A DNA stretch of 64,000 nt from Botryllus schlosseri (Eukaryota), in NCBI GenBank assembly GCA_051294905.1, contig CM119372.1:34970001-35034000 (forward strand), in the 5' to 3' direction. Position 1 is the stretch's first letter. Each line of letters begins with the position of its first letter. Under the pieces are notes generated by a model. The model was not told the DNA's origin and searched no databases. It was given only the letters and a program-made list of their open reading frames with translations. A program made the translations under genes and the position numbers. Shown here piece by piece: positions 38,080 through 52,110 of the stretch.

Positions 38080-38396
38080 TCTCAGATCAAATGAAGAAGC
38101 AAGAACTGCTTGCTGGATATTTTCTTTCGCAACTTGAGAAGTACACCGGTGACGACAACAAGAACCGTCGTTTGGAATTATACACCGCTATTCATGAATC
38201 AAACAACGAGGATCTGATAAGAAATATATCCGTAATCGATGTATCTAATATTTCATTGAGTCGCCATGAAGCTCTTATCGTTGGATCACTGGCAGCAAGG
38301 AGCGGTGGCCTCAGATCTTTGAATTTACAATTCTGTCAGATTGAAGATAAAATAATAGAAATCCTCGGTCATTGTATCAAAGATCACCAAATACAT
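38080..38396 (+). CDS. NLR gene, post-NACHT/LRR exon
   Basis: Acceptor CTGTCAG (in-frame alternative at 38086), phase 1; donor GTAAGT, phase 0; LELYTAIHES, IDVSNISL and LRSLNLQFCQI (LRR). Confidence 0.8.
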
Positions 38397-38663
38397 GTAA
38401 GTCGAATTAGAAAACATTTCTATAGAAATGGAAACGTTGAAGCAAAACCTTAAGGACGCCTGAAAAAACTAACTATTTGCAGTATTCCATGTGGAAGAGG
38501 ACAGTACAATGCGTTTGATTATCAAATGTCATTTATTTCTATTTCGAAATAGTCTCGTCGCAATTTGTATATGGAGATGTATTTCAATTGAGCAATATAG
38601 TCGAAACCAAAATATTCTTAGCGTTCAATACCCGTAATGAAATCACGATATCACTTTGTGCAG

Positions 38664-38792
38664 GTTGAAAACCTGGATTTTCAGAACAATTCTATTACCG
38701 CCGAAGCATTACGCTCATTTCTTGGATATGGGAGAGATGAATCACTTCGCGCGTCTTTTGATTGGGGAGTGAGTGGCTATACTTGGACTTGA
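38664..38792 (+). CDS. NLR gene, further LRR exon (ends at donor 38769 or stop 38790-38792)
   Basis: Acceptor TTTGTGCAG, phase 0; VENLDFQNNSITAEALRSFL fits the LRR pattern. Confidence 0.65.
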   Translation, partial: VENLDFQNNSITAEALRSFLGYGRDESLRASFDWGVSGYTWT

Positions 38793-39025
38793 AAACCTTG
38801 TTCATTATATGATTGCCAGTAAATATCCCTTCAATCGATAAGTCGCATTTTAATTACTATTGTAGACGTGTTGCCAATAATATTCTAATTCAAATGTGGA
38901 AAGTGCATTTTCAAGAAAAGGTAAATCACTAGACAAGTCATACGATTGCAATACCACAAATTAAAACTCTACGGCAACTACCTAAAGTATTGGTAAAAAA
39001 AAATAATTTTAATTATACTGTAAAG

Positions 39026-39622
39026 CAGGGGTGGGAAATTATTTTCTTCGCGGGCCATATAAGTAACAGAGAATACGTTGGCGGGCCGAATCGAAATGTT
39101 TAGCTATATAGTCTTCAGCGTATTAATTTTATTTCTAAATTGAAAGCAGTGAATTACATTGTTTGTAAACGCTACCCAGTGGATGCGTTGATAAAGAAAA
39201 TGACGGTCATTTAAAAAAAATATTCTATTTATTTTCCGTCATAATTCAAAACAATTTTAAATATGATACATATAGAATTCTCTTTAATCCACGATATATA
39301 TATACGTATTTATCAGATTTGGTCAAGATCGGGGTACTCTTGTTGCCACATATTAACCGAAACGTCATTTTCAACGTCTCGGTATTTCGTGACGCGGTAA
39401 TGACCGACGCCGAAATGCGGATCTCTGTAAATTAAGCGTTTTTCGGGGAGAGGGGTAGGCCTACCCATATTTATATCAATGCATCTAACCACGAAAAATC
39501 GCGCAAAGCGCGAAGAAAATTTGAATGAAGTTTCATAAATATCTCAAAAAGACTCTATAATTTAAGTTCATTTGCAAAATAATTTGGCATTTGGCCCGCG
39601 TGCCGCACTTTGCCCAGGTCTG
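39026..39622. mobile_element. hAT-Charlie-like MITE
   Basis: CAGGGGTGGGAAA...TTTGCCCAGGTCTG; imperfect TSD CTGTAAAG / CTGTATAT. Confidence 0.65.
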
Positions 39623-40653
39623 CTGTATATTGTAGAGTAGTGAATCTTAACCTTGCCTCCAGCGCCCCCAAGGGGCGCTGACGATTTTGAAGGGGGCGGA
39701 AACGCTAAGGGAGCGATATGGGGGGCGGAAACGCTCAAAGGGCGATATGGGGGGCCTGGGCTGAGGGGGGCGCTGAAGAAAAATGGCTTGGCAGTATAGA
39801 TGATGTGATAGTAGGACATATCCTTAATGAGTATTCTGAGCAAATTAACATTCCACAAAACATGTCAAATCCCGAAAATTTTGGTTGCGCTACGCGACGA
39901 TGTTTGCTACAGATGTTTTTATAAATGTAGTGGTTTATTACAATTCATGTAAAACTAATTGCGCGTACTTTTAGGTCGCCAATTTCCCGTTAAAACGTTG
40001 CCGTCACGCTTGCTAGGGTTATTTTCAACATAATGTTTCGAATTAGGTATTATATCCCGCAGCGCACAGCGTGTGGAATTGGAAGAAGGGGGCACTGTGT
40101 ATCACTTTTGAGAGTGAGAGCCCCTTGTACATAAAATAAGTTTTGGAGCTTTGTGCACGAAATGAATAACTATATACATAGGCGCCGAGTTACGGGGTGG
40201 CGGGATGGCGCAGCCACCCCATGACACATTTATGGGGTGGCGGCCACCCCATAAATTAAGATTAGACGCCCGCCGTCTGCGATTTCAAATCATCAGCGCT
40301 GTCAATCAGCGAGTCCCTGATAGCGCGTAAATGCCAACTATCTACCATTAACCGATACGCGCGCGAATAATTGAATACGCAGTGTCGTCGTCGACGACGA
40401 ATTAGTGCTCAGAACGCCCCAATAAATTGTAATCCGTGATTAGTAATCAGACAATCGAAGCAACCTCGTTTACGACGTCGATTTCGACACGCTTACGCTG
40501 AGAAACACCATCGCTTGCGCTCTCGACCAGACGAGCGAATTCACGTTCTCCTCCTAATTAAATTGTATTTGCGCCCATAATCGTTTACAAAATAATTCTT
40601 TAATTGGAGGCTTGGGCTTGCAGCGTGAAATAGGACAGTGTGTTTGTGTAGCC

Positions 40654-42532
40654 CAGTGGTTCTTAACCTTGCCTCCAGCGCCCCCCAAGGGGCGCTGGCG
40701 ATTTTGAAGGGGGCGGGAACGCTCAGGGGGCGATATGGAGGGCGATGGGCTCAGGGGGGCGATATGGGGGGGGGGCGCTGGAGGAAAATGGCTTCCCAGT
40801 AGATGATGTGGTGGTAGGACATATCCTTAATGAGTATTCAGAGCAAATTAACACCGAAAACTTCGTTATATATAGCCTACAAAAGACATATAGGTTTGTC
40901 CATAGGCGCCTAAATGACTGGCACCGAATGTTCCTGTCTTGGCAATCTGAACCTCAGTAGACAAATTCCATCTGGAAGTGGCAGGGAAAAATTATATGCC
41001 AGTGAAGAAATACCAATTTGAAATCGTGTGCGTCTTTTAGTTTGGTACGAATGGGCGACAGAGATATATAGAACTAGATATCCCCGTTGGGCGATATCCC
41101 TGTTGGGCGATTCTACACTTTTTGATATAGCAGACAGGAAGTCACGAAATAACATCATGCAACGGGTCCGTCCGCCTGAATATGTTTAATTATTAGTTAC
41201 GGGCCCTACAGTTTCCAAGACACCTCACAATGTTCCCTCTACGTTTTGACGAGGCTGCGCACACTCAACAACTCACTGTGCAAACCCTTGGACAACAGTG
41301 CGTAACGACTAAAAAAATGTCATACCTTCGCATTTGTTGTGCGCAACGTAGATTTTCTGTGCGCAGAGACCGTGTCAGCACTGCGCACGTGCGCAGCTTA
41401 GAGGGAACATTGCACCTCACTCAGCTCTACCGGTAACTCTGGTAACGAGAGCAGAGAGGACAAGAAATTGATAACAATATATATGCAATTCCCGATCTTA
41501 TTGTACGATTTTATCATGAATTATGGAGAATTTTCGCACTTCCCCCTGGCTCGCTAAACAGTACTGCTATAATTTCGTGGCTTAAGCGAACAACGTGATG
41601 GGGGCGGTCGGTTTATCACCCTATGAGAGCCCAAGACCCAAGTTTTTTTCGGGGGCTCTGACGAAGTGCCGTTTCGTTCCTGCCAACGGGTATACGCCCG
41701 AAGATGTATAACTATATTATTGAGGGGTCCTGCCTTTTCAATCACACATCACTCAGCTCTACCGGTAAATCTGTTTACGTGAGCAGAGAGAGGATAAAAT
41801 TTGATATCAATATACATGCAATTCCCGATCATATTGACCAATTCAATCATTAATTATTGAAATTTTCGCGCCTCGCGCGTCTAGGCGAGAATAGCGAATA
41901 AATGGACACCCAACGTAAATGACTAGTATCAGTAAATAGCGGATAGTCGAATGAGGGTCTGGGGGCGAAGCCCCCCGGAAGATTGGTTTATCACCCTATG
42001 GGGGGCACAAGACCAACGTTTTTTTTGGTGGGGCTGACGAAATGCTGTTACGGCCCTGGTAACGAATTAATTGTTCCTACGCGCTCGTCCGAATATGTTT
42101 AATTAATAATTACGTGACCTTTATTTTCCAACACAACATCTCACTCAGCGCTACTGGTAAATCTGATTATATGGGCTGAGAGAATAAAAAGTTTATAGCG
42201 ACTTATATATGTAATTACCACCTATTCATTCATGCATTATAGAAAATTTTGGCACTCAGGGCGACCAGGCCACACAACCTTTGCTGACCATCGAAACCAC
42301 GCTACGGGGTTCTTGGGGGCAAAGCCTTCAGAAGTTTGGTTTATCACGCTATCGGTGCGCAAGGCAATCATTTTTAGGGGGGGGTGACGAAATGCTGTAA
42401 CGGCCCTCCCTCTTACTCATTGTCTTTATTACATTCCTAACAATATGAGTTTGGGGATGGGGGGGGGAGGGGCGCTGGAGCACGATAATTTTTGAAGCGG
42501 GGCGCTGGAGGAAAAAAGGTTAAGAACCACTG
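40654..42532 (+). mobile_element. hAT-Charlie-like non-autonomous element with internal tandem repeats
   Basis: TIRs CAGTGGTTCTTAACC / GGTTAAGAACCACTG; TSD GTGTAGCC. Confidence 0.93.
41228..41412. mobile_element. Short CAATGTTCCCTCTA MITE
   Basis: TIRs as at 27310; flanked by CACCTCA on both sides. Confidence 0.85.
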
Positions 42533-43077
42533 GTGTAGCCTATGCCTGCGAATTGAAAGTCATTCCTGCGCAAAGTGCGCACTGCGCATATTCATTACTC
42601 TAACATGGCTTAGCCGACTTATATCGGGAAACGCAACAATGCAGTTCAAACGTCGTTATAATGAGCAAACAATTGTCGCGATGTCAGACTTAAAACCCCA
42701 TTGTGCTGTACGCAAGTTGAGGAATTACTGATTAGATGCGCTCTTTCTCGTTTGCTATCATCTGTAGGCTACTAAAGGGTAGGCCACACGTACAATATTC
42801 ACTAGCGACGCTACTCGCAACAATCTCACTTTTTCACTAAGACGAGTGTTACGTCATGATGGAGTGGGAAAAGGTTGACTGAGTACAGTACGTCTTTATC
42901 GGAGCGAGAAACTGCGCTGGTACGGTACTAATTATAAAGCTTCAACATTGGACATCTTTCGAAAAGGTATTCTGCCGTAAAAGATATGATAGCTGACCGG
43001 AAGTCATGGTGGAAGTTGAAAACAACAATAAAATGTTATATGCACATTGCACCCACAGTCCATGGCATTACTGACAG

Positions 43078-44989
43078 CAGTGGCGGCTCGTGATAATATC
43101 GGGTGGTGAGGCAAGTTGCGTACGTGATTTTAATTGTCTAAATGACGTCACAATAGTGTATTCCGACGTGAAAATGTGTTGTCACACACAGTTTGTATGG
43201 GGTATATACATTAAGCATGGTAAACAAGACTTGTATTTCAAATTATTCGAAAGAAAATATCAAGTACAGTTGTTCATACCTGCATATTTTAACGTTTGTA
43301 TCAGCAGGCCTAAAGCGATTTTTCAACTATAGGAATTTTAAAAGTTCACTATTGGTTACTACTTCGGAAAAAGATGTATTAGAATATCAACAAGTCAACT
43401 CGAGCCGAGCAATGTCGACTATCGCGTAATATCGAGACACCGTTTGCAGTAGACCACATGCTTCAGATCACGATACGATACCCCATTTCGGTCGAACTAG
43501 AGACATTGTCCCCTGGCACCAGCAGTGTGAAAGTGTATAACATGGCGTCCTTATCCTCGCTTATACGTCAGCCTTTAATTTTTTATCGCAATACGTTGGG
43601 AAAAGGTAAGAGTGCGCTTTCCTCCCGTGTACGATTAGATCAATGGACAATTTCCAGGCGGATAAGAGCCGAATCTTGCTAAAAAACACTGAATTTTGCG
43701 TAAAATATATTGAGGAATAGGCTGATCAATTGATCAGCTGTTAGCCGTCATCGAAAACGAACTAGCTCACGCCTCACGCGCTTGACATCGGGTTGTCAGC
43801 AAATGGCTTGAAGGCCACAATTTCACGGTGACATTGGCATTGGAGAATATAAAATAAAGTAAATATTTGAATGCAAACCGAGAATCTTAGTAAACTGTTT
43901 CATGAGATCATCATCTCATCACCTATCTCAGTATGAAACACAGATAAAATTAGCACAGACCAACACCGGGTTTTGCGTGAAATCCGCAATGCAGTAGTCA
44001 GCGTTAGGCCAACCACACTCGACCTCGATAATGAAATTAATGCCCTAATCATTGAGTGTCAACCTCGGGACTTGGCACAGCGTTCGATACTGAAATCAAG
44101 ATATACCGTCCAAAAGCTCAAGACGGATATAGGTATGGAGCCTCGTTAAAATCGATACAGACCAATACCGGTATTGCGTAAAATCTGTTAGTGATAAATG
44201 GCGAGTCAGCTGTCACTCGACTTAGGAAACGAAATTACTCCCACATAGTTCAGTGATAAACTTTACACTTGGTACGGCGATCGATACTAACATTACATTC
44301 AACTATGCCAAATGTCATGAACGATCTCGGTATGGAACATCGTCAAAATCAATGGAGACCAATACCCGCTTTTGAGAAAAATCTGTTTGCGATACATGGC
44401 GGATCAGCACACAGTCAACTTTGGAAACGAAATTACTACCCTACACTTTGAGTAGCAACCCTGAAACTTGGAGCAGTGTTAAATACGACCTTCACGACAT
44501 AACATACTAAGTTTCAAGAATTATCATGGAGCGAAACATCGTCAAAATCGACCTATACCAACAAAGGTCGACTCAACGCATATGACGGTAACCGAGTTCA
44601 GATATAGACACGATTGTTACATCACACCTTAAGGGCACCAGGCAGGTTGCCCCACTTGCTCGGTAATTTTATGAATAGGAAAGAGTAGATCACCGTTTCT
44701 TTATTGTGCGCGGCTTTAAGAGAATAGACAGTGAAAGCTTGCTATGAGCGCTAATGGGGCAAGCCCCGGCTAGGCATTCACAAAGCGAAAACACAGAAGA
44801 GAAATCGATTTTCGCAGAGACTTCGCTAGGTATGGGCATTTACAAGCGAATGCACAAGAATAATGCGGGTTTCGCTGTGATTTCGGTATATATTGATTGT
44901 TGTGCATCTATAAATGGTAAATAATTGTTATTGAACCGAACTTTAGGTGGGGCAATGCCCCAGTTGCCCTATAGGACGAGCCGCCACTG
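43078..44989. mobile_element. hAT-type element
   Basis: TIRs CAGTGGCGGCTCGT / ACGAGCCGCCACTG; TSD ACTGACAG; ~200-bp internal repeats at ~43930-44570. Confidence 0.9.
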
Positions 44990-45422
44990 ACTGACAGCTA
45001 TTGGTAGAGGCAATACTTTCATTGTCAGTGGCATTCAGTAAATGAACACATATTTCAGCAGTCAAATGCGGTATCATAGTGGTTTATTTATCTGCGATTG
45101 ACTTGGTGTTAGTCAGTTGCGGACAGCTTTGCTTGATGACTAAAGTGAACACGATGTTCAAATCCGAAAATCGGCGTAATAAAATATCCAGTAGTAGCCC
45201 TGATCCCTTCATATCAAGCATGGGTTGGGTATCAGTGATAGTTTTCATCATGTTTTGTAATCTTCTCGTCCATCATTGCACGGCCCGTGTCTTTATCGTT
45301 TTATATACCTTGTGTTTTAATTTAAACATTTGAATTCTTGTGGTTGCAAGAGCCAGCATTTGCACCTATTTGAATATCATAAGATTCGTTTTTGTTATTA
45401 CAAATGCCATACAGGTCTATAT

Positions 45423-46565
45423 CAGGGTTGCCATACGTCCGGAATTTCCCGGACATGTCCGGAATTTCACTGTTGAAACTGCGTCCGGGAGGAATTTATA
45501 AAATATGCTTAAATGTCCGGAATTCTGAAGTAGGCTCATAATTTTTTCCTAAATCTATATAAACAATATTATTTTTGAGCAGATTCATGCTACATGAAAC
45601 TTTTCTTCGTGCTTCGCGCGATTTAGTATCACATATTTTGGTTTTCTTATGGGGACTACCACCCTAGCAAAAACTGTGATCAAAAATAAATAAAAATATA
45701 ACATTTATATACAGAAATAATTCCAATTTTAATCGCAATTACAAGATAACGGTATATTCATACAGTAGGTTTAGGCCGTTTGGATGCTTTATTCAGAGAT
45801 TGTGGTTTTAAACCTGGGGGTAGTTGGCCTTTATTCTGCGGTTCGCGAAGATGTTGAACGTAATCAAATCAGCTTCGAAAATAGGCCTTGGGTAAATCTG
45901 GGCAAATGTGCCCACCTTTAATTAGTAATCAGCTTATCAAATTTCGAGCTGGGCCACGGAACATCTTCAAATTGGAAATGGAGTCGCGACCATAAAAGGT
46001 CGGAAACCACCGGATGTGCGGTGTTTATATAGTTCAGTGGTGCAGGGCGCACAGGCATTAGGCTGATAAATAATCTTATCGGTGTGATATGAACGTTGCG
46101 TAACGATGTACTGTAGAATTGCGCTCCTTGCATTTTCGAAGTCATAATCCTCCACTAGCTCTATCGCTAACTCTGATCTCATGGGCGGAGAGAGGATCAA
46201 ATTATATAGTAATATATGGAAGGACCAATATTATTGACATGATACATTCGAATCATTTAACGACCAGATGCTTACAGAAGCCAGATGCATATGGTAAGCC
46301 CCCCGAAGTTGCATCGATTACCCTACGGTGATCCCAAGATCGGTGTCTATTTGGGCGGGACGGGCTGAAAAAAGGTGGCTTCGGCCCTGATTACAACTTA
46401 CAACCACATACTTCTGAGCCGGATCGTGACCACCTCTAGTCGATAGACAAAGCTTTACGAGTGTGACGTCATATTGATCGACATTTTGATCATGACTCAT
46501 TTTGAAATCCGCCAGTGGGCGCTAAAAGCGTCCGGAATTTGTGTTACAAAAATATGGTAACCCTA
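45423..46565. mobile_element. hAT (Blackjack-like) MITE
   Basis: TIRs CAGGGTTGCCATA / TATGGTAACCCTA; TSD GTCTATAT; TCCGGA motifs. Confidence 0.9.
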
Positions 46566-46576
46566 GTCTATATATG

Positions 46577-47600
46577 AGAGAGAGAGAGAGTCTTCATTTT
46601 TCATCAAACCAAAATACATAACACTCGGCAGTGGTGGTGGTACAGAAAATATGCATGCACAGTATTCGGTATTAGATAGGAATGATCGATAAGACCGTGA
46701 GGGTCATCTAGTCTGATCACACCAGCATCAAACAGGTACACTTGACTCTAAACAGTCTGGCTGTAAAAAAAGTTACAGTAGTTAAAAAAATAAAATAGAA
46801 GAAAAATTAAACGATGGTAGCAAATGATCAATGAAGCAATGTCTGGGCGAGGTAGGGCAATAGTGTTAGTGTTACGATAAGAGGTGATCAAGTAGGGCTT
46901 TTTTGAATCTATCATAAGGCAATTCACGGATATGTGTTGGTAATGCATTCCAAATGATAGGTCCCGAGTAGTCGATAGATCTCTTAGTTAGGTTGCTATT
47001 GGGTGGGGGTAAGTAGATATTTCCCTTTGACGAGGATCTCGTGTAATGGGAATGGACATTTTTAGCAGGTATGAAAAAGTCATCAAACACAGGAGGCAGA
47101 CTATTGGAAAAATATTTGTGAACAACTTTTGATACTTCGAAGCGATACAGCTCATCAACTCGCAAAATTCGATGCTTACGGTAGTAAGGCGATAAATTGG
47201 TACGTAAAGGTACAGATGAGATCAGCCGTATCGCACGATTTTGCAGGGTTCGAATTCTGCACAGAAATGTTTTGCATGCACTTCCCCATACTACGATTCC
47301 ATATTGCAGGTGAGAGTGGAAAAGAGAGAAATATATGGTTCGTAGTATTGATCTGGAAACCAAAGATTGCAGACGGGTCATTATTCCCACACACCGAGCT
47401 AGTTTTGATATTGTGCATTCAATATGCTGCTTCCAAGACATTTTAGCATCAATAGTGACATCGAGATATTTTGCTGAGTCACATATGGAGATTTGTTTAT
47501 GATTGATGTTCACAGTGAAACTATGATTGGCATTATTTAAAAGGAGCATCTCGGTCTTATCTGCATTCAAGCTTATGCTTATGCTACAATGTATCACATT
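46577..47600 (-). mobile_element. 5'-truncated LINE of the CR1/L2 group (Crack/Daphne-like), RT C-terminus and 3' UTR
   Basis: ORF 46872-47597 has LNADKTE, KYLDVTID..W..HI, YFSLFHSHLQYGIVVWG, LQNRAIR, HYTRS and GPIIWNALP; (TC)n tail at 46577-46590. Confidence 0.88.
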
Positions 47601-48444
47601 CTAGACTAGGTCCGTACACGGCGGAGGTCTCCGAACAACTGATTCATATTTCACAATAAGTTGTTTCTCGGCTGTGACGTAATACTGTCACAACAAGATT
47701 CACTAGCGAGCTCGCGAGTGAAACGCGTCGGTAGCGACTTCACTATCCACCTCGCTTGCGACCTAGCTAGCGCTCGCTAGTGAAGGAGTGGAGCAAAAAA
47801 AGAAGCGAAGTCGCTAGCGAATTTCGGTACCGTGTGGCCTGCCCTTAATTCTTGTCTGCTTTATACACTCGTATTCCCTCTGTGTCACTTGCCAGTGTTT
47901 AATTTGTTATTAATACTTCGCATTGTGCAGTGCACGGCGTTGGATTACGTTGTCAATTATTGATGCAACACGAGATTTTCGCGGGCGCTTATTCTGAATT
48001 TATTCAATTAGTTTGAACAGGAACCTTCTATGTTCCAATAAACTTCATTACTGGACGAGTGGACGGACTCTATCGAGCACAACTATGTCGCGGATCGAAT
48101 TTCAATCCTTTGGGATATGTATTTCTATTGATAAGGTCGCGACATGCGCCAATATTGCTCTTGCTGCAATAGCACATGGATAATTAAAAGCGCACCATTT
48201 TACGATCAAATTCGTATGGCTGATTGGGGCATACGTAAGCCGTAGACCCCGGGGCTGATATTAACCAGCGCGCTGTCGGCATGAAATCCCGAGGTGCGTA
48301 GCCAGGGAGTTATAACTAGAAATCCTGTCCTTTTGAAAAGCCAATTCACTAATTCGTATTATCGATGCTGCGTACTGCAAATTAGCGAGAATCATTTGTA
48401 TGCGAAATGGGTCATTGATATCTCATATCTCATGTCATGTGCAG

Positions 48445-49726
48445 TAGGGTTGGATTATCCGGATAACGGTTAACCGGTTAACCGGTTAACCGCATGTATT
48501 TTCACTATCTGATATCCGGATATTTTTCTGCCGGTTAACCGGATAAAAAAGAATCATTGCTAATGCATTTTACACGTTTTAGTAAGCTTCAATAAGTCGT
48601 ATTCAGTGTTGGCGCGGCCGATTAACGAGAAGCGTGTTGTCAATTAGCGAGATGCGTCTGTACACATTGCACAATGTAATGTGACGCGATCTCCTGCTGA
48701 GAAGATCGTTAAATTAGGTGATTGATTGCCGCGCGCTCGGCTATCGTCTCTGGCCTGATTTATCGCGTCTTCAACAAGCCGATAGTTCCACTGGATTGAA
48801 GAATCGCATCAGCAATAGGCCACGTGCAGTGTACACACTATTCCATCGCTGGCCTGCACAATCGCATCTTCATTGGCTTGGTGCTCACGATATTATCGTT
48901 GACCTACCTATCTGCAATAGGCCTACGAACGATATAATCGCTGGCCTAACCATCTCGGACCCAGCATGCATTGGCTCCTATCTCTCGATGGCTTGTTGAC
49001 GATATGCCGTTAAGTGTATTCTAATTAGTGATTCTCAGAGTGACACCGCGAAACTGAATGACACCGAATGTTCGCAAAATGTGCGTGCGTGCAAGCGTAA
49101 TTGATTTCCGCTGATGATTAATTCGAAAAAAAATCGATACCCCCTGATTTTATTTCAATCCCCCTACATTTTCGGCTGGCTGCGTGCCTGATCACGTGAA
49201 TTAGAGCGAGGTATCATGTCAGCATCAATTCCAGTATCAGCTAGTCGTCCTTCTAGTACTCCAAACCTAAACATAAGGATGGTCGAAAGGATGTAAAGCC
49301 GTTGAAGTTTACGGCGTACGACCTGCCGACCTTTTGACTCTCTACGAAGCGCTGCTTTCTATTCAGCCTACTTCTGTGGAAGCTGAAAAAGCATTCAATG
49401 AACGTGGACTCTTTGTTATAAAATTCCGGTCCCAGCTACAGGATCCCACAATTGATGCATCTATGCTTTATAAAGAGGGCATTGCAGAAGCAGTGAACAT
49501 TAAATTTGCGTGGTTTTTCTCGTATTCGCTCATACTGCGCGCGTAGGTAGGTACTCTACAATAACACTGTGTAATGATTTGGCCATCCGTTTTACATGCA
49601 GACCTAATGAAATCGATTGTCTCACTTAGCAGTTATTATCCGGTTAACCGGTTAGATAAATTCCAAAATATCCGGATATATCCGTTATCCGGATAGTGAA
49701 AATTATTGATATCCGAACTAACCCTA
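48445..49726 (+). mobile_element. Internally deleted hAT (Ac-like) element
   Basis: TAGGGTT...AACCCTA ends; CCGGTTAA/ATCCGG repeats; TSD ATGTGCAG / ATGTGCAC (7/8); dimerisation remnant LLSIQPTSVEAEKAF..KFRSQL..TIDA at ~49340-49460. Confidence 0.85.
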
Positions 49727-51829
49727 ATGTGCACTATCGTCGGTGGTTTGATTTAGTGCGTCCGCATGCAGGCCTGCTACCGTCGGCAGAAGCACTTTCG
49801 CCAAATAGTAACAATCTCCGAGTGTAATATTGTTTGTGTCTATGTAACTATTTGATGAAAACTTATGCCCGCGTCTGAAAAAATTGTGCTCGTTGCCATT
49901 GCCGAATCTGGGTATTTAGGTATGACTAGCGCATCCTGTAATTATAATTATTGCAGGTTTGCGGCATGTCGGTAATTTCGTTATCAGCGCAACCTCTGCG
50001 GCCGATTGTACAGCCCAATGAAATTGATCACTAGGCTACTATGTATTTCGCACAGCGTACTGATGCTGATTTCAGCAAACTATCGATCCATATTAGATGG
50101 GTAAATTCGACCTCATCGTTAGAAACGGTCGCGCGCTCTGGGTAACACCATCTCCTATCGCGATTTGACGACGAAATATACGTTCACCTTTTACAAATTA
50201 AAGTGCATTATTTACATCGATGAGGGCCGCAAGCCGCGTTTAAAATATTTTGTGAACCATTTTTGTGATAAATATTCTTGGAGCGTGACGTTGAACAGTG
50301 TTGTATTGTGAGTGCCCGCTAGTTGGAATTTACTGAAGTTCCCATAATGATAATCCTATTATGCTTTGCGAACGTATATAGGGAAATGCAGCAATGCAGT
50401 CGAAATCGATGTTTCAATCAGCAACCAATTGTCGCGATGCGAGCTACTCAATACTAAGTAAAAACTCATTGTGTTGGCGGTAAGGGATAATTACTTATTG
50501 GCGTTTGTAATATCATTCTTGTCTTTCTTTCGTGTTCCAGATTTGTCACGCCGTGTTACTGCTTAGTCCAGCGACGAATGCCAATCGCGCCCCCCGCGAT
50601 GACCTAATTTCGTAGTACAGCGGGAGATCGCGTCGCGTTGAATTGTGCGACATCCGTGCACAGACGAATCTCGCTAATTGGTCGCGGCCCCGCGCAAAAC
50701 TGACAATACGAGTTGTTGAATTGCATTACAACTGAAGATTAGCACCAGAATGGTCATTTCAAAATGACGAGGTTTTGCGTTTCAAAAGGAGGGGGTTTCG
50801 ACACCCTTCTTGCTACGCGCCTGCCGCCACCCCATGCAAAAATAAAAGTCGACGCCTATGACTATATATACTTGTATTTGAGAGCTACAATATTAAATCG
50901 TCATAATATTTCTTCATCGTATCATAAAGGATGATACTATCTAGTGTTACGGTTCACAACCTCACATGAACGTTACATAATATATGCTTAGTTTGGAATA
51001 CATTCATGTTAAAAATTAATAACTGGGTACAGTACTAAATTCAATGTGAGCAGATACATGCATCCCAATCTCAGTTGACTTACTCATTGTTACACAAACA
51101 CTAGGACAAAATCAAATACCATTAACTTCGCCGTATTGCCAGTCGCAGATATGAATTCAGGATGGCTCGAACCACAGAGTATGAGACCGTACCCGATTGT
51201 TGGTATAACAACCTTGATTTGACCCTGGATATACCACACACAATTATTGTATGATTTATTATAGTCTAATGGTCCTTGAGCGCGATTAAAGCGCGAAATA
51301 TTTCCAATACCAAAGTCTCGAAAAGACTGACTGCATTTTGACCTCTTACGAGGACCAATACTGCTGCAACCCAAACCCCAATCGGTGAGCTCGAAGGGTG
51401 CCCTAAATTATTTCGCTGAATGAACGTAAATTACACATGTTTTGACGACTCCCATCAGAAGAATACTCATAATTATAGAAAATAGAAATAGGCATTTCGG
51501 CGTCTGCCATCACCGCGCCACGATGCACGAAGACATATGGAGTTACGGTCAATATGGGACTCCGAGAAGTGTGTGAAAAAGATCGTCAGCGAGAAGACCT
51601 TAGCCGAAGAGGATTGCCCTTATGTTGACCGTAAACTTCGATGTATAAAAGTGTAATTGTCTATTGGTACTTAAGTCGCTCGTGCCGAATTACCATGTCG
51701 TCACAATCTGCACCCCACGGGACGAATAACATCCTTCAGAGAAAATTATATGCCAGTGCAGAAGTACTAATTTTGAATCGTGTGCTTACATTAGTTTAAT
51801 GCGTTAGTAGTTATTATAATCGCTCGTGG

Positions 51830-52110
51830 TGTGGCAGGGGTTCTTATGGGCCCGCTCGCATGCGGCTTCGAAAACTCGTGTTCGCACGGTAACCCTTTTG
51901 ACCCCCCTATCACTCGCACGCGGCTATTGCGTCTTATGGGCCCTCTCGCACGGTAACCCTTTACGGTATAGGAATCGCTTGCACGCGGCTTCGAAAGCCC
52001 GTGTTCGCGCGACCACCTTTCCCCTATCGCTCGCATTCGGCTATTGTGTCTTGAGGTCGCATGGTAAGCTTTCCAGGTATAGCACCCGCTCACACGCGGC
52101 TTCGTTGTAG
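51830..52110. repeat. GC-rich subterminal tandem repeat of element B (mirror at ~63265-63545)
   Basis: Repeated GCGGCTTCGAAAA..GTGTTCGC, GGTAACCCTTT and CCCCTATC.CTCGCA..CGGCTATTG. Confidence 0.85.

Larger units (their letters stand above)
42776..47845. mobile_element. PIF/Harbinger-type non-autonomous element carrying nested insertions
   Basis: TIRs AGGGTAGGCCACACG / CGTGTGGCCTGCCCT; TAA TSD; CTAGCG/TCGC subterminal motifs. Confidence 0.8.
40177..50860. mobile_element. hAT-like element (CATAGGCG ends) inflated to 10.7 kb by nested insertions
   Basis: Ends CATAGGCGCCGA / TCGACGCCTATG; GCCACCCCAT subterminal motifs at both ends; TSD ACTATATA (40169-40176, 50861-50868). Confidence 0.85.

Noticed and set aside
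46562..47610. 9-bp inverted match CCTAGTCTA / TAGACTAGG around the LINE fragment
   Set aside because: The left copy is made of a MITE end plus its TSD, so the match is probably coincidental.
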